Counted from the stretch's first letter, positions 46,554 to 58,510 are shown. The stretch is DNA of 64,000 nt from an uncultured Gemmatimonadales bacterium (GCA_963850905.1 CAWKMU010000003.1:768001-832000); one strand, 5' to 3'. Translations and numbers: made by a program. The notes: a model not told the origin generated them from the letters alone.

Positions 46554-48863
46554 ATGTCATCGACATCGATGGACCGGCGGGAGTTCTTGCAGGACCTCGC
46601 GGCCGGCGGGCTCGTGCTGGTCATCACCGCAACCGGCTGCCGCCGCTTCTCTGATCGCTACGCAGCGGGAGGCGCCCAGACCGGCGGGACGTCGGACCCT
46701 GCGTCCACTGCGCCATCCTTTGCCCCGGCCGTGTATCTCCGCATCGCCAATGACGGCGATGTCACCGCCATCGTCCACCGATCCGAGATGGGCCAGGGCT
46801 CGAAGACGACGCTGGCGATGATCCTCGCCGACGAGCTCGAAGCGGACTGGTCTCGCGTCCACGTCGAGCAGGCCCCGGGCGATGACAAACGCTACGGCAA
46901 TCAGGACACCGACGGCTCGTGGAGCATTCGCGGCTTCATGCAGCCATTCCGCGAGGCGGGGGCCACCGCGCGCACGATGCTGGAGCAGGCTGCCGCGCAG
47001 CAGTGGAACGTGCCGGTCGCCGATGTGCGAGCCAACCAGCACCATGTGATTCATACAGCCAGCGGGCGCTCGATCGACTACAAGGATCTCGTCGCCACGG
47101 CGCGCACACTCACCGCCCCGGCGAAGGAGCAGCTGCGACTCAAGCAGCCGTCTGAGTTCCGGTTGATCGGCAAGGGCGTCCCCATGGTCGATCTGACGGA
47201 CATGACGGTCGGACACGCGCGCTATGGCATCGACCAGCATTTGGCCGGGATGAAGTTCGCCGTCATTGCTCGGCCACCCGTGTATGGCGGCAGACTCACG
47301 CGCATCGACGATCGCGCGGCTCGTGCAGTGCCCGGCGTGGAGCGCATCGTGCGGATTCCCTTCACCGCGCCGCCGTCCGGGATGTCGCCACTGGGCGGCG
47401 TGGCCGTCGTCGCCAGCAACAGCTGGGCGGCCATCAAGGGACGCGACGCACTCAAGCTCACCTGGCGCGACGGCCCCAACGCCGCGTACACCAGCGCGAC
47501 ATACCGAACGGCGCTGGAGCGTTCAGTGCGCTCGGCCGGCAAGGTGGCCCGAACCCAGGGCAACGCGGCCGCTGCGCTCGAGCGTGCCGCGCAACGGCTC
47601 AGCGCCGAGTACTACATCCCCCACCTGGCGCATGCCTCGATGGAACCGCCCGCCGCGCTGGCGTCGGTGACCGCGGCGGGCTGCGAAGTGTGGGCGCCCT
47701 CGCAGTCGCCCCAAGGCGCGCGCGACGTGGTCGCGAAGGCGCTCGGCATGCCGGCCGACAAGGTCACCCTCCACGTCACGTTGCTGGGCGGCGCGTTCGG
47801 ACGAAAATCGATGCACGACTTCATCGTCGAGGCCGCGCTTCTCTCCCGCGCCGTCGGCGCACCCGTCAAGGTGCTGTGGACCCGCGAAGACGATCTGCAA
47901 CACGACTACTATCACGCCGTCGCGGTCGAGCGCCTCGAGGCCGGACTCGACGCCAACGGCAAGGTCGTCGCCTGGCTCCATCGGTCGGCACTGCCCGCGA
48001 TCAACTCGACGTTTCAGCAGAACGTGTTGTATCAGGATGAGGGCGAGCTCGGGATGGGCGTGACCGATTTCCCGTACGCGATCGCGAATCTGCGAGGGGA
48101 AGCGGGGCCGGCCACGGCACACACACGCATCGGATGGCTCCGGTCGGTCATCAACATTCCCCACGGCTTCGCGATCGCATCGTTCATCGACGAGCTCGCG
48201 CACGCGGCGCACCGCGACCCGAAGGACTTCATTCTCGACTTGCTCGGGCCCGACCACGTCGTCGACATGGCGCACGCCGGCATCACGGGTAAACCGTCGA
48301 ACTACAATGCGTCGTTCGAGGACTATCCGATCGATACGGCGCGATTCCGCGGCGTCGTGGAGCTCGCGGCGCAACAGTCGGGATGGGGTCAGCCACTGAG
48401 CGCAGGACAAGGCCGCGGCATCGCGGTCCACCGCAGCTTCCTGACCTACGTCGCGTCCGTCGTGCAGGTCGAGGTGCGTCCGGACGGTGCGATCACGATT
48501 CCACGTGTCGACGTCGCCGTCGATGCGGGCTTCGTCGCGCATCCCGAACGCGCGGTCTCACAGATCGAAGGCGCGACGATCATGGGATTGGGCAACGCGC
48601 TGCACAGCGAGATCACCTTCACCGGCGGTCGCACCGACCAGTCGAACTTCGATCGGTACCAGGTCCTTCGGATGGATGAAGCGCCCCACGAGATTCGCGT
48701 GCACCTCGTGCCAAGCACGGCCAAACCTGCCGGCATCGGCGAGCCCGGCCTGCCGCCCACGGCGCCCGCACTCTGCAACGCGATCTTCGCCGCCACGGGC
48801 CGCCGGATTCGCTCACTGCCGATTGCGGACCAGTTGAAGCCAGGCGCGATAGCGGAAAGCTGA
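46554..48863 (+). CDS. iorB: Molybdopterin-binding subunit, isoquinoline 1-oxidoreductase beta / xanthine dehydrogenase family, Tat-exported
   Basis: DRREFL Tat motif; [69 protein letters not shown]. Confidence 0.9.
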   Translation: MSSTSMDRREFLQDLAAGGLVLVITATGCRRFSDRYAAGGAQTGGTSDPASTAPSFAPAVYLRIANDGDVTAIVHRSEMGQGSKTTLAMILADELEADWSRVHVEQAPGDDKRYGNQDTDGSWSIRGFMQPFREAGATARTMLEQAAAQQWNVPVADVRANQHHVIHTASGRSIDYKDLVATARTLTAPAKEQLRLKQPSEFRLIGKGVPMVDLTDMTVGHARYGIDQHLAGMKFAVIARPPVYGGRLTRIDDRAARAVPGVERIVRIPFTAPPSGMSPLGGVAVVASNSWAAIKGRDALKLTWRDGPNAAYTSATYRTALERSVRSAGKVARTQGNAAAALERAAQRLSAEYYIPHLAHASMEPPAALASVTAAGCEVWAPSQSPQGARDVVAKALGMPADKVTLHVTLLGGAFGRKSMHDFIVEAALLSRAVGAPVKVLWTREDDLQHDYYHAVAVERLEAGLDANGKVVAWLHRSALPAINSTFQQNVLYQDEGELGMGVTDFPYAIANLRGEAGPATAHTRIGWLRSVINIPHGFAIASFIDELAHAAHRDPKDFILDLLGPDHVVDMAHAGITGKPSNYNASFEDYPIDTARFRGVVELAAQQSGWGQPLSAGQGRGIAVHRSFLTYVASVVQVEVRPDGAITIPRVDVAVDAGFVAHPERAVSQIEGATIMGLGNALHSEITFTGGRTDQSNFDRYQVLRMDEAPHEIRVHLVPSTAKPAGIGEPGLPPTAPALCNAIFAATGRRIRSLPIADQLKPGAIAES

Positions 48864-49012
48864 ACGGCGGGATCGGGGATCAGGGGCCAGGGAACACATC
48901 GAGAAGACGGTCACGGTGCACTGCGACCGGCCTTGGACCGGTAGGGGCGACGCATTGCGTCGCCCGTTGTTGTCGTTGCGGTTGCCGTGCCTGACCCCTG
49001 ACCCTGACCCCG
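48863..49012 (+). repeat. Composite REP element (core 48941-48965), abutting the iorB stop codon
   Basis: aacggcggg left end overlaps TGA; exact core; TGACCC arrays. Confidence 0.9.
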
Positions 49013-49347
49013 CAGTTCAGTCGCCGCACCAAACGACTCGCCCCTGCACGTGGTATTGCTAGTACCATGCTGCTTCCACTCCCCGCCCTGCGCCGCTTGC
49101 CGCCACGAACCGCGTGGCTCCTCGTGGCCGTCGACATCATTCAATACAGCGGCATCGCGCTCATCGCGGTCCCGCTCGCGATCGGCGCCTACCTCGTGGC
49201 GAGCGCGCGCGTCGCGCTCGGCGTGCAACGATGACCGCGCGCGGAGTAGGGGCGCATGCGTCGCCTGCGCTTGTTGGGGCGACCGGACCGATGCGCGTGA
49301 CCCGCAAGCGGGTCGCGGCGTGGCCGACGAACTCCAACGGCCAGCCC

Positions 49348-50175
49348 GTGTATGGAGTAGTGAGGGGTAAGCGAACACACTCCCATCTGACGACTCGGAC
49401 TCTGACACCTCGACGCGGTACAGGTCGGTCTCCTCGTGCTCTCGACGGCTCAGCGCCTCGTACCACACTGAGCGGCGAGCAGACGGACGAGCGGGACATC
49501 TCCGGCACGTCGGCAACGGAGAGCGACGCAGCGCTCGTCGCGCGCGTGCGTGCCGGAGACGTCGCGGCGTTTTCGGGACTGGTCAATCGGCACATGCGCA
49601 ACGCGTTCGGGATCGCGTATCATGTGTTGCAGCATCGCGAGGACGCGGAAGATGCCGTCCAGCAGGCCTTCATCGCGGCGCTGGCCCGATTGGACACGTT
49701 CGATGCGACCCGGCCGTTCGGTCCGTGGATCTCACGAGTGGTGCTGAACCATGCTCGCAGCGCACGACGCGCGCGCACCCGGTTGGTCCGTGGCTGGGTC
49801 GAGCCTGTCGAGACGATCGAGGCAGCGCCGTCGGCGGCGCCGGACCGCGCGGCCGAGCGCCGCGAGATCCGGGAACGTGTGCGAGAAGCACTCACGTTGT
49901 TGCCAGAGCGACAACGACTTGCCGTGCAGTTGATCGACATCGAGGGATATTCCCCGGCCGATGTCGCGGCCACGCTCGAGCTCTCGCCCGTGACCGTTCG
50001 GTGGCACCTGATGGCAGCCCGCCGCAAGCTGCGCCGCCTCCTGGCGTCGCTCGTCGGGCCTCAGCCTGAACCCGCTCCCGACGCAGAGGACGTAACATCC
50101 AACGAACAACCCCACAGTCCGACGAGCCAAGCGCAGGGCCGCTCCGTGCGCCGCCGGCCGGACTCCGAGAGGTGA
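49348..50175 (+). CDS. ECF RNA polymerase sigma factor
   Basis: SDAALVARVRAGD..AF..DAEDAVQQAF..F.PW..; region 4 LPERQR..EGYS..VA..TVR..L..AR; start uncertain (ORF open from 49114). Confidence 0.9.
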   Translation: MYGVVRGKRTHSHLTTRTLTPRRGTGRSPRALDGSAPRTTLSGEQTDERDISGTSATESDAALVARVRAGDVAAFSGLVNRHMRNAFGIAYHVLQHREDAEDAVQQAFIAALARLDTFDATRPFGPWISRVVLNHARSARRARTRLVRGWVEPVETIEAAPSAAPDRAAERREIRERVREALTLLPERQRLAVQLIDIEGYSPADVAATLELSPVTVRWHLMAARRKLRRLLASLVGPQPEPAPDAEDVTSNEQPHSPTSQAQGRSVRRRPDSER

Positions 50176-50181
50176 CCGTAT

Positions 50182-50667
50182 ATGCCAAACGATCGATCAC
50201 ACGACGCGCATGAGCAGCCGGTGACCGCCCGGATCGGCGAGGTGGACCCAGTCTCGACGCTGGTCCGGACGTACGCGAGCCGGCCACCATATAATGCCGT
50301 CGATTGGGATGCGGTCGCAGCGCGCATCGTCTCCGCGGCCGACGCGGAGCTCCAGCGCCGGCGCACACTCGCCGGACGCGCGGGCGTGCTGCGTTGGCGT
50401 GTGCGAGCGTGGTGGGAAATCACTGCCGGATGGGCACGCCCCGCGGTGGCGGCAGCGGTCGCGATGATCGCAGTGGCGACGGCGCTCGTGATCGCGAACC
50501 CCGCGGCGTCACCCATGACTGACAACGCGAGCACGGCCGAGATGACGGCCACGGCCGACGGTGCCGATGCGGTCATGCTTGGATCGCCGGCGACCGAAGC
50601 CGCGTTCACCGAGGCCGGTCCGATCACGCGCGATTCGCTGTTCTCGGCGGTGGTCGACGGACAATGA
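50182..50667 (+). CDS. Putative membrane-bound anti-sigma factor
   Basis: Directly after ECF gene; single TM WARPAVAAAVAMIAVATALVI. Confidence 0.65.
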   Translation: MPNDRSHDAHEQPVTARIGEVDPVSTLVRTYASRPPYNAVDWDAVAARIVSAADAELQRRRTLAGRAGVLRWRVRAWWEITAGWARPAVAAAVAMIAVATALVIANPAASPMTDNASTAEMTATADGADAVMLGSPATEAAFTEAGPITRDSLFSAVVDGQ

Positions 50668-51143
50668 CCAGTCCGCGCGGCCCTGAGGCCTCACCCCCTG
50701 CCGGCGCCCCGCGGCTCGTGGCCGCGCTCGTCGTCGCGCTCGCGCTCGTAACGGGACTCGTCCTGGGCGTCGCCGTGGACCGCGGGTTGCTGCTGCGTGG
50801 TCACGGCGGCCGCGCAGCCTTCGTCGGACGGGCACCCGGCGGCCGACCGGGCGCACCGCGTGATGTCGTCCGGCAACATATCGAATCGGAGCTCGCACTC
50901 ACGCCGGCGCAGAAGACGCAGGTCGACTCCATCCTCTCGCAGCAGATGGCCAAGCGCCGCGCGCTCGTTGACTCGATCGGCGTCCACATGCACGCCCTTA
51001 TGGACTCCACCCGCGCTGCCGTCGATCGCGTGCTGACGCCCGAGCAGCGCCAGAAGCTCGTCGCGATCCGAGCCCATCGTGACAGCCTCCGCGGCCCCGG
51101 TGGCCCCGGTCCCCGCGGGCGGTTCGGTGGACCGAAGGATTAG
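50664..51143 (+). CDS. Periplasmic Spy/CpxP-like (LTXXQ) protein
   Basis: N-terminal TM; ELALTPAQK..VLTPEQRQK; ATGA overlap. Confidence 0.75.
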   Translation: MTSPRGPEASPPAGAPRLVAALVVALALVTGLVLGVAVDRGLLLRGHGGRAAFVGRAPGGRPGAPRDVVRQHIESELALTPAQKTQVDSILSQQMAKRRALVDSIGVHMHALMDSTRAAVDRVLTPEQRQKLVAIRAHRDSLRGPGGPGPRGRFGGPKD

Positions 51144-51314
51144 AGAGGCCGGGATAGGGGTCAGGATCAGGGAACAAACACAGAGGCCGGTCACGATTCA
51201 CAGTGGCCGGCATTTGGACCGGTAGGGGCGACGCATTGCGTCGCCCGTCCTTGTCGTTGCGAGTTGTCGTTCCTGACCCCTGACCCCTGACCCCGGACCC
51301 CCGATCCCGCCGTT
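51144..51314 (+). repeat. Composite REP element (core 51222-51246)
   Basis: Exact core, arrays and cccgccgtt end. Confidence 0.9.
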
Positions 51315-51318
51315 GGCT

Positions 51319-51750
51319 TTACTGCGGATTTCCTCCACCACCGCCCTGCCCGCCCCCACCCTGCATCCGCGCCTGCATTGCGACGACGTTCTTGTCGAAG
51401 GCGCCCTGCTGGTCCGGTGTGAGAACGCCACGGAAGTCTGCGGTCTCTTTCTTCATGAGGTCGCGCATCTGCGGGCGGCTGCCCGGGCCTTGGGACCGCA
51501 GTTGCTGCATTTGTGGCTGATATGACGTTCGAATCGAGTCGACCGTTTTCTGCTGCGCGTCGCTCAGCGTGATCCCTTCGAACATCGCCGCCATCATGCG
51601 CCCGCGCCCCCCTCCGCCGCCTCCCATTCCCTGACCGGCTGGCGCTTGCGCCTGCGCGATGACGGGTAGTGCGGCCGCGACGGCAAGCGCAACGAGTGCT
51701 GACGTAACTACGGCCAGCAACGGGTCGGTCCGTCGGTGATTGAACAACAT
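51319..51750 (-). CDS. Spy/CpxP family periplasmic protein
   Basis: Signal peptide AQAQA; MFEGITLSDAQQ..VLTPDQQ..FDKN; Gly-rich ends. Confidence 0.78.
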   Translation of the reverse strand: MLFNHRRTDPLLAVVTSALVALAVAAALPVIAQAQAPAGQGMGGGGGGRGRMMAAMFEGITLSDAQQKTVDSIRTSYQPQMQQLRSQGPGSRPQMRDLMKKETADFRGVLTPDQQGAFDKNVVAMQARMQGGGGQGGGGGNPQ

Positions 51751-52068
51751 CGGAAGCTCTCCAGGTCTGGTGGTCGATGCGGACAGGCACGGACCGTCGT
51801 GCCGACGTGCCCGACTTCGTGCCGACCCAATGTCTCCTGCTTATCCTTTCGCACGAGACCCCTTCGACGTTGGGGGGTTGTCGCGAATCCCAGCATCCGA
51901 CGCTCGAGCTCGGCAGCAGATCCCCTTCCCGAAAAACCGGACCTTGTCCGCTGCGTTGTTCGTTGTGGCGGGGCCCCAGCCCCGACCACCGGTCCCTCCA
52001 GGCCCGCCGGGTTGCAAGCCTTGGCACTCCGTGGTTAGTTGGGAAGCGGATATCGCGGAGGGTTGGGC

Positions 52069-52527
<459 letters not shown>

Positions 52528-52645
52528 CACGTACTGGAGCGCCACGAGGCTCGGATCGAGCGCATCACACGCGCGCCGGTCCCGTCGTCTCGCTCACCCG
52601 CCGCTCACCCCACCCCCCGCACCGCTCGCCCAGGAGCCGGTCCCC

Positions 52646-53023
52646 ATGGCACGTACGCTCCGCATCACGCTGCTGGCTCTCCGGCTGACCGGCCTCCTGT
52701 TGATCATCCTTGGCGCGCTCATCTGGACCGGCCGCGGCGATCTCGCGCAACCGCACGCAGCGCTGGGAGTGCTCTTCGTCCTGTCGCTCTGGTGCCTCGC
52801 GGCGCTCGGGTTCCGCGCGCGAGTTGGGGCGGGTCTCGCGTACCGCGCGGTTGTGTGGGGGTTCATCGTCCTCCTCTTCGGCATGCTGCAGACAGGCATG
52901 TGGCCCGGCCCACGGCACGTCTACATCCGCGTCCTGCACCTCATCATCGGCCTCGTCGCGATCGGGATCGGGGAGATGCTCGCGGCGCGGATCAAGCGCG
53001 CCCACGCGGGAACGCACGGATGA
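52646..53023 (+). CDS. Four-TM hypothetical membrane protein
   Basis: Four hydrophobic segments, His residues in TM2 and TM4. Confidence 0.7.
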   Translation: MARTLRITLLALRLTGLLLIILGALIWTGRGDLAQPHAALGVLFVLSLWCLAALGFRARVGAGLAYRAVVWGFIVLLFGMLQTGMWPGPRHVYIRVLHLIIGLVAIGIGEMLAARIKRAHAGTHG

Positions 53024-53030
53024 CACCGAA

Positions 53031-53226
53031 GGGTCACGGATTTGGGTCAGGGAACAAATCGTAAAGCCGACCGCGCGCACCGTGGCTGGCCTTGGGCCGG
53101 TAGGGGCGACGCTGTGCGTCGCCCGTTGTTGTCGCGGCGGTTGGCAGTTGCGTGTTGTTTCCTTAAGCCCTGACCTCGCCGTTAAGCCTTACTTTGTGTG
53201 TACTTCCCTGATCCCTAGCCCCTGAC
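53031..53226 (+). repeat. Composite REP element (core 53100-53124)
   Basis: Core with variant centre GCTGTGC. Confidence 0.85.
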
Positions 53227-53255
53227 AATTGACCCCGCCGTTGAGCTTTACAACC

Positions 53256-54023
53256 ATGTCCCCTTCCCAGTCAGACGAACCCGATCGCCGCAACTTCCTC
53301 GGCCAACTCGTAGTCGGTGCCGCTGCACTAGCCACGGCGTCATGCGGCAAGGCGCAACCTGTCGCGCAGGCGCCCGCGCCGGCGCGCCCTCAGAGCGCTG
53401 GCGCCACCACGGCGGCAGTCGCCACGGCCACACACAGCACACCGCCCGCGAAACAGAGTTGGGACCTGTCGTGGACCGAGCGATTGACCGGCGAGCACCG
53501 GCAAGTGTTCGACAGTCCCCAGATCGGTGATGGCACCGTCTTCCATCACGCCCGGATGTTCTACACCAATTTCGGAGAGGTCTACGACCTCAAGGACGCC
53601 GATCTCCGCGCCGTCATCGTGATTCGCCATCACGGGATCCCAATGGCGTTGGGCGATACCATCTGGGCGAAGTACGACTTCATCGGAAAGGACGAGAAGC
53701 TCAAGGACCCGACGACCGGCAAGTGGACCCAGCGCAACCCGTTCATGAATGCGAAGCCGGGCGACAAGTATTCAATGGTGTGGCCCGACGGCACCCTCGA
53801 TGCGCTCATCGGTCGCGGCGCCATTGTCCTCGCCTGCAACATGGCGCTCATGCACTTCTCGAGCACGATCGCCACTCGCACCAACCAACCGGTCGAAGCC
53901 GTGCAGAGCGAATGCAAGGCCGCGCTCGTCCCAGGCGTTACGCTCGTCCCCTCGGGTATCTTCGGCGTGATCCGCGCGGAAGAAGGGGGTTGTCACTACC
54001 TGCGGGCGACATCCATGGGGTGA
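53256..54023 (+). CDS. Tat-exported DsrE-like protein
   Basis: DRRNFL Tat motif, possible lipobox ASC; VFDSP, RHHG, L..RGAIVLACNMA, PGV.LVPSG..E.G..Y. Confidence 0.6.
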   Translation: MSPSQSDEPDRRNFLGQLVVGAAALATASCGKAQPVAQAPAPARPQSAGATTAAVATATHSTPPAKQSWDLSWTERLTGEHRQVFDSPQIGDGTVFHHARMFYTNFGEVYDLKDADLRAVIVIRHHGIPMALGDTIWAKYDFIGKDEKLKDPTTGKWTQRNPFMNAKPGDKYSMVWPDGTLDALIGRGAIVLACNMALMHFSSTIATRTNQPVEAVQSECKAALVPGVTLVPSGIFGVIRAEEGGCHYLRATSMG

Positions 54024-54029
54024 CGGGCG

Positions 54030-56000
54030 CTATGCGCCCGTCGCGCCCGTGGTTCCCGTCAAAATCCCGTGCCTGACCCGCGCGGCCTTGGGCGACGCGG
54101 CAGGATCGGGTTCGACGCGGATCGTCGTCTCGCGCGCGGTGCGGATCGGCACGTCGAGCGTGAGCGTCTGTGGTGGCGCCGCCGGTGTGGACCTGGCCCC
54201 GCCACGGATCACCGACGCCGAGATCGTGGTGCCGCTGGCGCTCGCGTAGCGACGACGGAATGCCTCGAAGGATGAAGGGTCCTGGATCGCTACGTCCCCG
54301 AGTTGCGTGATGCGGTCGCCCGTCTTGATGCCAGCTGTGTCGGCCGCGCTGTGCGGCGCGACGTACATGACCCGGACACCTCCCTGAGAGTCGGGCGCCG
54401 TCGACACACCCAATCGCACCACCTGCATCGTGTCCTGCGCGGTCCGCAAGCCGGCGAGCGGAAGGATCGTGTCCCACGGGATCGGATCGCGTCCCTCGAT
54501 GAATCGCCGGCGGAGCTCCGCGATGGAGAAATGCATCGGGTGCGGGACGGCCGCGGCCGACACCGCGGACCACCAATCGGTCGCCGTATACCCGCGGTGT
54601 TGCTTGTACGTCGACTGGTAGAGCGACCGCATCACGTCGTCGAGCGAATGGCGGTCGTCACTCGCATCCCGAATCAGGATGTCGAGCATGAACCCAATGT
54701 TCGAGCCTTTAGGGTAATACAGCCCGCCCGACCCATCGGTCGGATCGATCCACGGCCGCAGTGACGCATCGGTCACCGCCGTGCGCGGCGCAGCGGCAAC
54801 CGACGTCATGGCACCGGCCATTGCGCTGAAGAACCCGGTCGAATCCACGATGCCGCTGCGAACGGTTCCCAGCGCCCCGTAGTAATCCGTGACGCCCTCG
54901 GACTCCCACAGCCACTCGGTGGGCTGCGCGTCGTCGTATCGGTACGGCACCATGTCGGCGGGACGGAGCCGCTTCACGTTCCACGCATGGAACATCTCGT
55001 GTGAGTAGAGACCCGGCAGCAGCGGGAGGTCCATCCAGTCGGGGCTGATCTCGTCGAGCTGTGAGTCCTGGTGCTCGAGGCCTCCGCCGTTGGGATGCGG
55101 GTCCGCCACCTGCAGCACCGTGTACGTGCTCCACGGCATGTCATGAAAGACGGCCGCGTGGGCGGGCGCGATCCGCGCGAGCCAGTCGAGCCACCGCGTC
55201 ATCCGCTGCCCCGTAATGAGCCCGGCCGGGTAACTCGCTGCGCGGACCCAATGGTCCTTGGGCCCGCCAGCGACCGCACTTACTGCAATGCTGTCGAGAT
55301 CGAAGTTGCCGACGAAAAACGGCATGTCGACGAGGTCGTGGTAGTTGGACGCCGTGAAGACGTGCACGACGTTGTAGTCGTGATGCATCCCGCCCGTGCG
55401 CCGCGTCGCGCTGGCGGTCATCCCGGTCGCGACCCGCCAAGTACTTGGTATCTCGATGTCCACCTCTGCCGGCCAATTGAACCCCTGACCCACCGGGTAC
55501 ATGAACAGGTTGGTCCCGTTGAAGAACGCGAAATCAGGACGGGTCCACGCAACCGCGCGATCGTTCGTGTCTGCGAGGTAGTCGAACCCGACGGTCACCG
55601 TGGCGCCAGGTTTGAGCCCATCGAGCTGCCAAGTCTGAAAGTCCAGCTGATGCCACTCGACCGGGCGATCGGCCGACGTCGGCGTGAAGCTCGAGAGCCG
55701 ACGCGCAAACCACAGCAGGGTATAGTGGCCCGGCGTCCAGGCAGGGAGCGCCAACACCACGGGTCCCGGCCCAGTCACGCGAAAATGCATCGCCACCTCG
55801 AGCGAGCGGGCAGCGGTCGTCCCGGAATCGACGGTCACCTCGTACGAGACACCGGTGATCGGAGCTGACTGTGCGAGATGCGCCGATCGCGTCATCGGCA
55901 TGCCCTGGCCAAGCGCACGCACGGGGGCGGCGCCGAGCCAGAGCGTTGCGACGAGCGCACCTGCACAGGTCGTGGAGGCAACGGAGAGTAAGCGAAGCAT
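54030..56000 (-). CDS. M61 family metallopeptidase with PDZ domain
   Basis: LPAWTPG.Y, GGLEH..S, HEMFHAWNVKRLRP, WESEGVTDYY, YYPKG, SAA..AGIK.GD.I. Confidence 0.92.
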   Translation of the reverse strand: MLRLLSVASTTCAGALVATLWLGAAPVRALGQGMPMTRSAHLAQSAPITGVSYEVTVDSGTTAARSLEVAMHFRVTGPGPVVLALPAWTPGHYTLLWFARRLSSFTPTSADRPVEWHQLDFQTWQLDGLKPGATVTVGFDYLADTNDRAVAWTRPDFAFFNGTNLFMYPVGQGFNWPAEVDIEIPSTWRVATGMTASATRRTGGMHHDYNVVHVFTASNYHDLVDMPFFVGNFDLDSIAVSAVAGGPKDHWVRAASYPAGLITGQRMTRWLDWLARIAPAHAAVFHDMPWSTYTVLQVADPHPNGGGLEHQDSQLDEISPDWMDLPLLPGLYSHEMFHAWNVKRLRPADMVPYRYDDAQPTEWLWESEGVTDYYGALGTVRSGIVDSTGFFSAMAGAMTSVAAAPRTAVTDASLRPWIDPTDGSGGLYYPKGSNIGFMLDILIRDASDDRHSLDDVMRSLYQSTYKQHRGYTATDWWSAVSAAAVPHPMHFSIAELRRRFIEGRDPIPWDTILPLAGLRTAQDTMQVVRLGVSTAPDSQGGVRVMYVAPHSAADTAGIKTGDRITQLGDVAIQDPSSFEAFRRRYASASGTTISASVIRGGARSTPAAPPQTLTLDVPIRTARETTIRVEPDPAASPKAARVRHGILTGTTGATGA

Positions 56001-56174
56001 CAGAGTCGGAAGGAGAGAGACGAAGGAGATACGTGACACGTGTGCGCCGAGCGAGACGGGTGACACCCGGTGCTTGGACACCGCGCGCCGCTCGAATGGC
56101 TAGTATGCAGGAGAAGCTGTGCCGAACGGAGCCCTCTGTCCACTCTCCGCGACGGGTCATCGCCGCGCACTGCG

Positions 56175-56567
56175 CTAGCGCCCTGGACCCCCCTCCCCGC
56201 GGTCCGAGTAGTACGCGTCGATGCACCAGTGCGTGATGTCACTCTCGAGCGTGAGCAGTGGCCGGCGGCAGGGAATATCCGTGTCGCGAATGAGGGCCTT
56301 CATGAAACCAACGGCTCGCTCGGGCGGAATCCCCCGGTCGCGCAAGTGGCCCACATACGCGTCGACCAGGCGGTGCAGCCGATCGGTCGCGTCGCGTTGC
56401 GCGGCGATCGCCTCGTCCGTGAACGGCTGATGGGTCCCATCGCAAACCGCTTCGACGAGCGCCGCCCGGATCTCCTGCGTGGGCGGCTCAGTCGGCTGCG
56501 TCGAGGGTTCGCGACGAGTTGGCGTGTCCGCCCGGCGATCGCCGGGAGGAACGGATTGATCAGCCAT
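56175..56567 (-). CDS. Small helical hypothetical protein
   Basis: LHRLVDAYV..LR..GIPPER..K...HWCIDAYY; GAGGGG SD. Confidence 0.6.
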   Translation of the reverse strand: MADQSVPPGDRRADTPTRREPSTQPTEPPTQEIRAALVEAVCDGTHQPFTDEAIAAQRDATDRLHRLVDAYVGHLRDRGIPPERAVGFMKALIRDTDIPCRRPLLTLESDITHWCIDAYYSDRGEGGPGR

Positions 56568-56751
56568 CGCGAGCCCCCTCTGCAATCGCGGGGCCGAAGG
56601 CCGTCATCGGGCGACTAGGCAACGCCGAGCTCGACGATTCGCCGAAGGTAGGGGTGGACCGTTGACCCGTGACGGCGGTACAATCGGTAATGGCTTTGGC
56701 ACGTCCGGATCCGCGACTGCCATATGGCCGCGCGAAAAGCGCAGGCTGCAT

Positions 56752-58467
56752 GTGACGAACCCTTGGCCGTACCACGCGGCTGACAATTGGCGCGAGCGCG
56801 TCGAAGCCGCGCTCAGGGGCACGTTCGTGCTCGAGCGCGAGTTGCGCGCCGGGTCGACGAATCGCGTGTTCGTCGGCTCCGAAACGGCGCTGGGGCGGCG
56901 TGTCGTCATCAAGATGCTGACGCCAGGCGTACCCGGAGGTGAGCAGGAGGCCGAGTTCCGCCGCGAGGCGGTCACCGCCGCGCGCCTCCACCACCCGCAC
57001 ATCGTTCCGATCTTCACGATCGGCACAGTGCTCGGAGTGCCGTATTTCACCATGCCGTTCATTGACGGCGAGTCGCTCCGCTCGCGCCTCGATCGCGCCG
57101 GCGCCCTCCCGATCGACGCGGCCCTGCGCATCGTGCGCGAGATTGGCAGCGCGCTCGCGTTCGCTCACGAGCTCGACGTCGTCCACCGGGACGTCAAACC
57201 GGAAAACATCGTCCTCGAGCGTGGCACCGGACGCGCGCTCCTTGGCGACTTTGGCATCGCCTGCGCACTCGGCGATTCCAGACGCGTGACTCCCGCCGGG
57301 ATGACGGTCGGGACACCGGTCTACATGTCCCCCGAGCAGGTGGACGGCCTCGAGTTGGACGGCAGGTCGGACACATACAGCCTCGGCCTAGTCGCGTGGG
57401 AAATGCTCGTGGGCGTCCGACCGTGGAGCGGCACGTCACTCGACGACGTGATGTATCGCCAGAAGCACGTCGCGCTGCCACCCCTCGAGACATACGCGAG
57501 CGACGTGCCCAGGCGCGTCGTTGATGCGATCGAGCGCGCGCTCTGCAAAAATCGCGAGGAGCGCTGGCCATCGGTGGCCGACTTTCTGGAGGCGATCGAG
57601 CCCGCCGCGCAATCGGCATCGAGCCAAGCTGCCCCGTCGCGCCAGGCTGACGGGTTCCCGAGTGCGGAGTGGACACTCGCCACGCCGTGGGACGAGCGTG
57701 AGGACGTCACTGCCGCGGCGCCTGCCGATCCGGCAGCGGTACCGACGGTCGCCATGGCGGCCCGCCACGAGGCGCAGAGACCGAGCGGCGTCGCTGCGCG
57801 GCAGGAATTGCGCCCCGTCGCATTCCGAGAATCGCGTGCGCGCGACGCTGCGCAGGAACGCCGCCGACAGCGCGTCCGATGGATCACCGCGGCGTGCTGC
57901 GCCGGGATCGTCACCGCAGGCCTGGCCGCGGCGATGTCCGGTCATCACGGGATCGTGCGCTGGTCCTCGACGCGTGGTGACGTCGCAATGGACACGCCTG
58001 CCCAAGCGTCAGCAGACAGCGTGACGATCGACACCGTCGCAATGCCCGTTGCTGCAGCGGCCCTTGCGTCGCTCGAGCCCGTCACGCCCGCGCATTTCGA
58101 CGACTCGCTCGCGCTTCCTGCGCTGGCCACGCCGGCGTGGCACGTGACCGAAGCCCGCGCGCACGCGGCGCCGCGCGCGAGCGAACCAGGCCCGAGCCCA
58201 TACGACCCAGTCCGAGCGCGTGCGGCAACCGCGACGCTCTCGCTGCAGGCCTACCAGGCCGCCGTCGCAGGCGCCGCGCTGCTCCAGGCGCCGGCCGCTG
58301 TCGCACCGCTACAGGTCGGGAACGACACGAATACCCCCGCGACCGGTGTCCGAGTCGCCCCACACCGAGCGGCACCCAGCAACGCCGCAACGGGATCCCC
58401 GATCCAAGACTCTTCGTCCCCCGCCGTCGGCGTCCGCGTGCACACCCCTCCGCTCCGCACGCCATAG
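56752..58467 (+). CDS. Ser/Thr protein kinase (Hanks/PknB type) with TM and low-complexity C-terminus
   Basis: VVIK, HPHIV, HRDVKPEN, DFG, GTPVYMSPEQ, SDTYSLG; start uncertain (56662 or 56752). Confidence 0.9.
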   Translation: MTNPWPYHAADNWRERVEAALRGTFVLERELRAGSTNRVFVGSETALGRRVVIKMLTPGVPGGEQEAEFRREAVTAARLHHPHIVPIFTIGTVLGVPYFTMPFIDGESLRSRLDRAGALPIDAALRIVREIGSALAFAHELDVVHRDVKPENIVLERGTGRALLGDFGIACALGDSRRVTPAGMTVGTPVYMSPEQVDGLELDGRSDTYSLGLVAWEMLVGVRPWSGTSLDDVMYRQKHVALPPLETYASDVPRRVVDAIERALCKNREERWPSVADFLEAIEPAAQSASSQAAPSRQADGFPSAEWTLATPWDEREDVTAAAPADPAAVPTVAMAARHEAQRPSGVAARQELRPVAFRESRARDAAQERRRQRVRWITAACCAGIVTAGLAAAMSGHHGIVRWSSTRGDVAMDTPAQASADSVTIDTVAMPVAAAALASLEPVTPAHFDDSLALPALATPAWHVTEARAHAAPRASEPGPSPYDPVRARAATATLSLQAYQAAVAGAALLQAPAAVAPLQVGNDTNTPATGVRVAPHRAAPSNAATGSPIQDSSSPAVGVRVHTPPLRTP

Positions 58468-58510
58468 AGCTCGCGCTCCGAGACCCGGACAACCATTTGT
58501 GTACCGGTGT

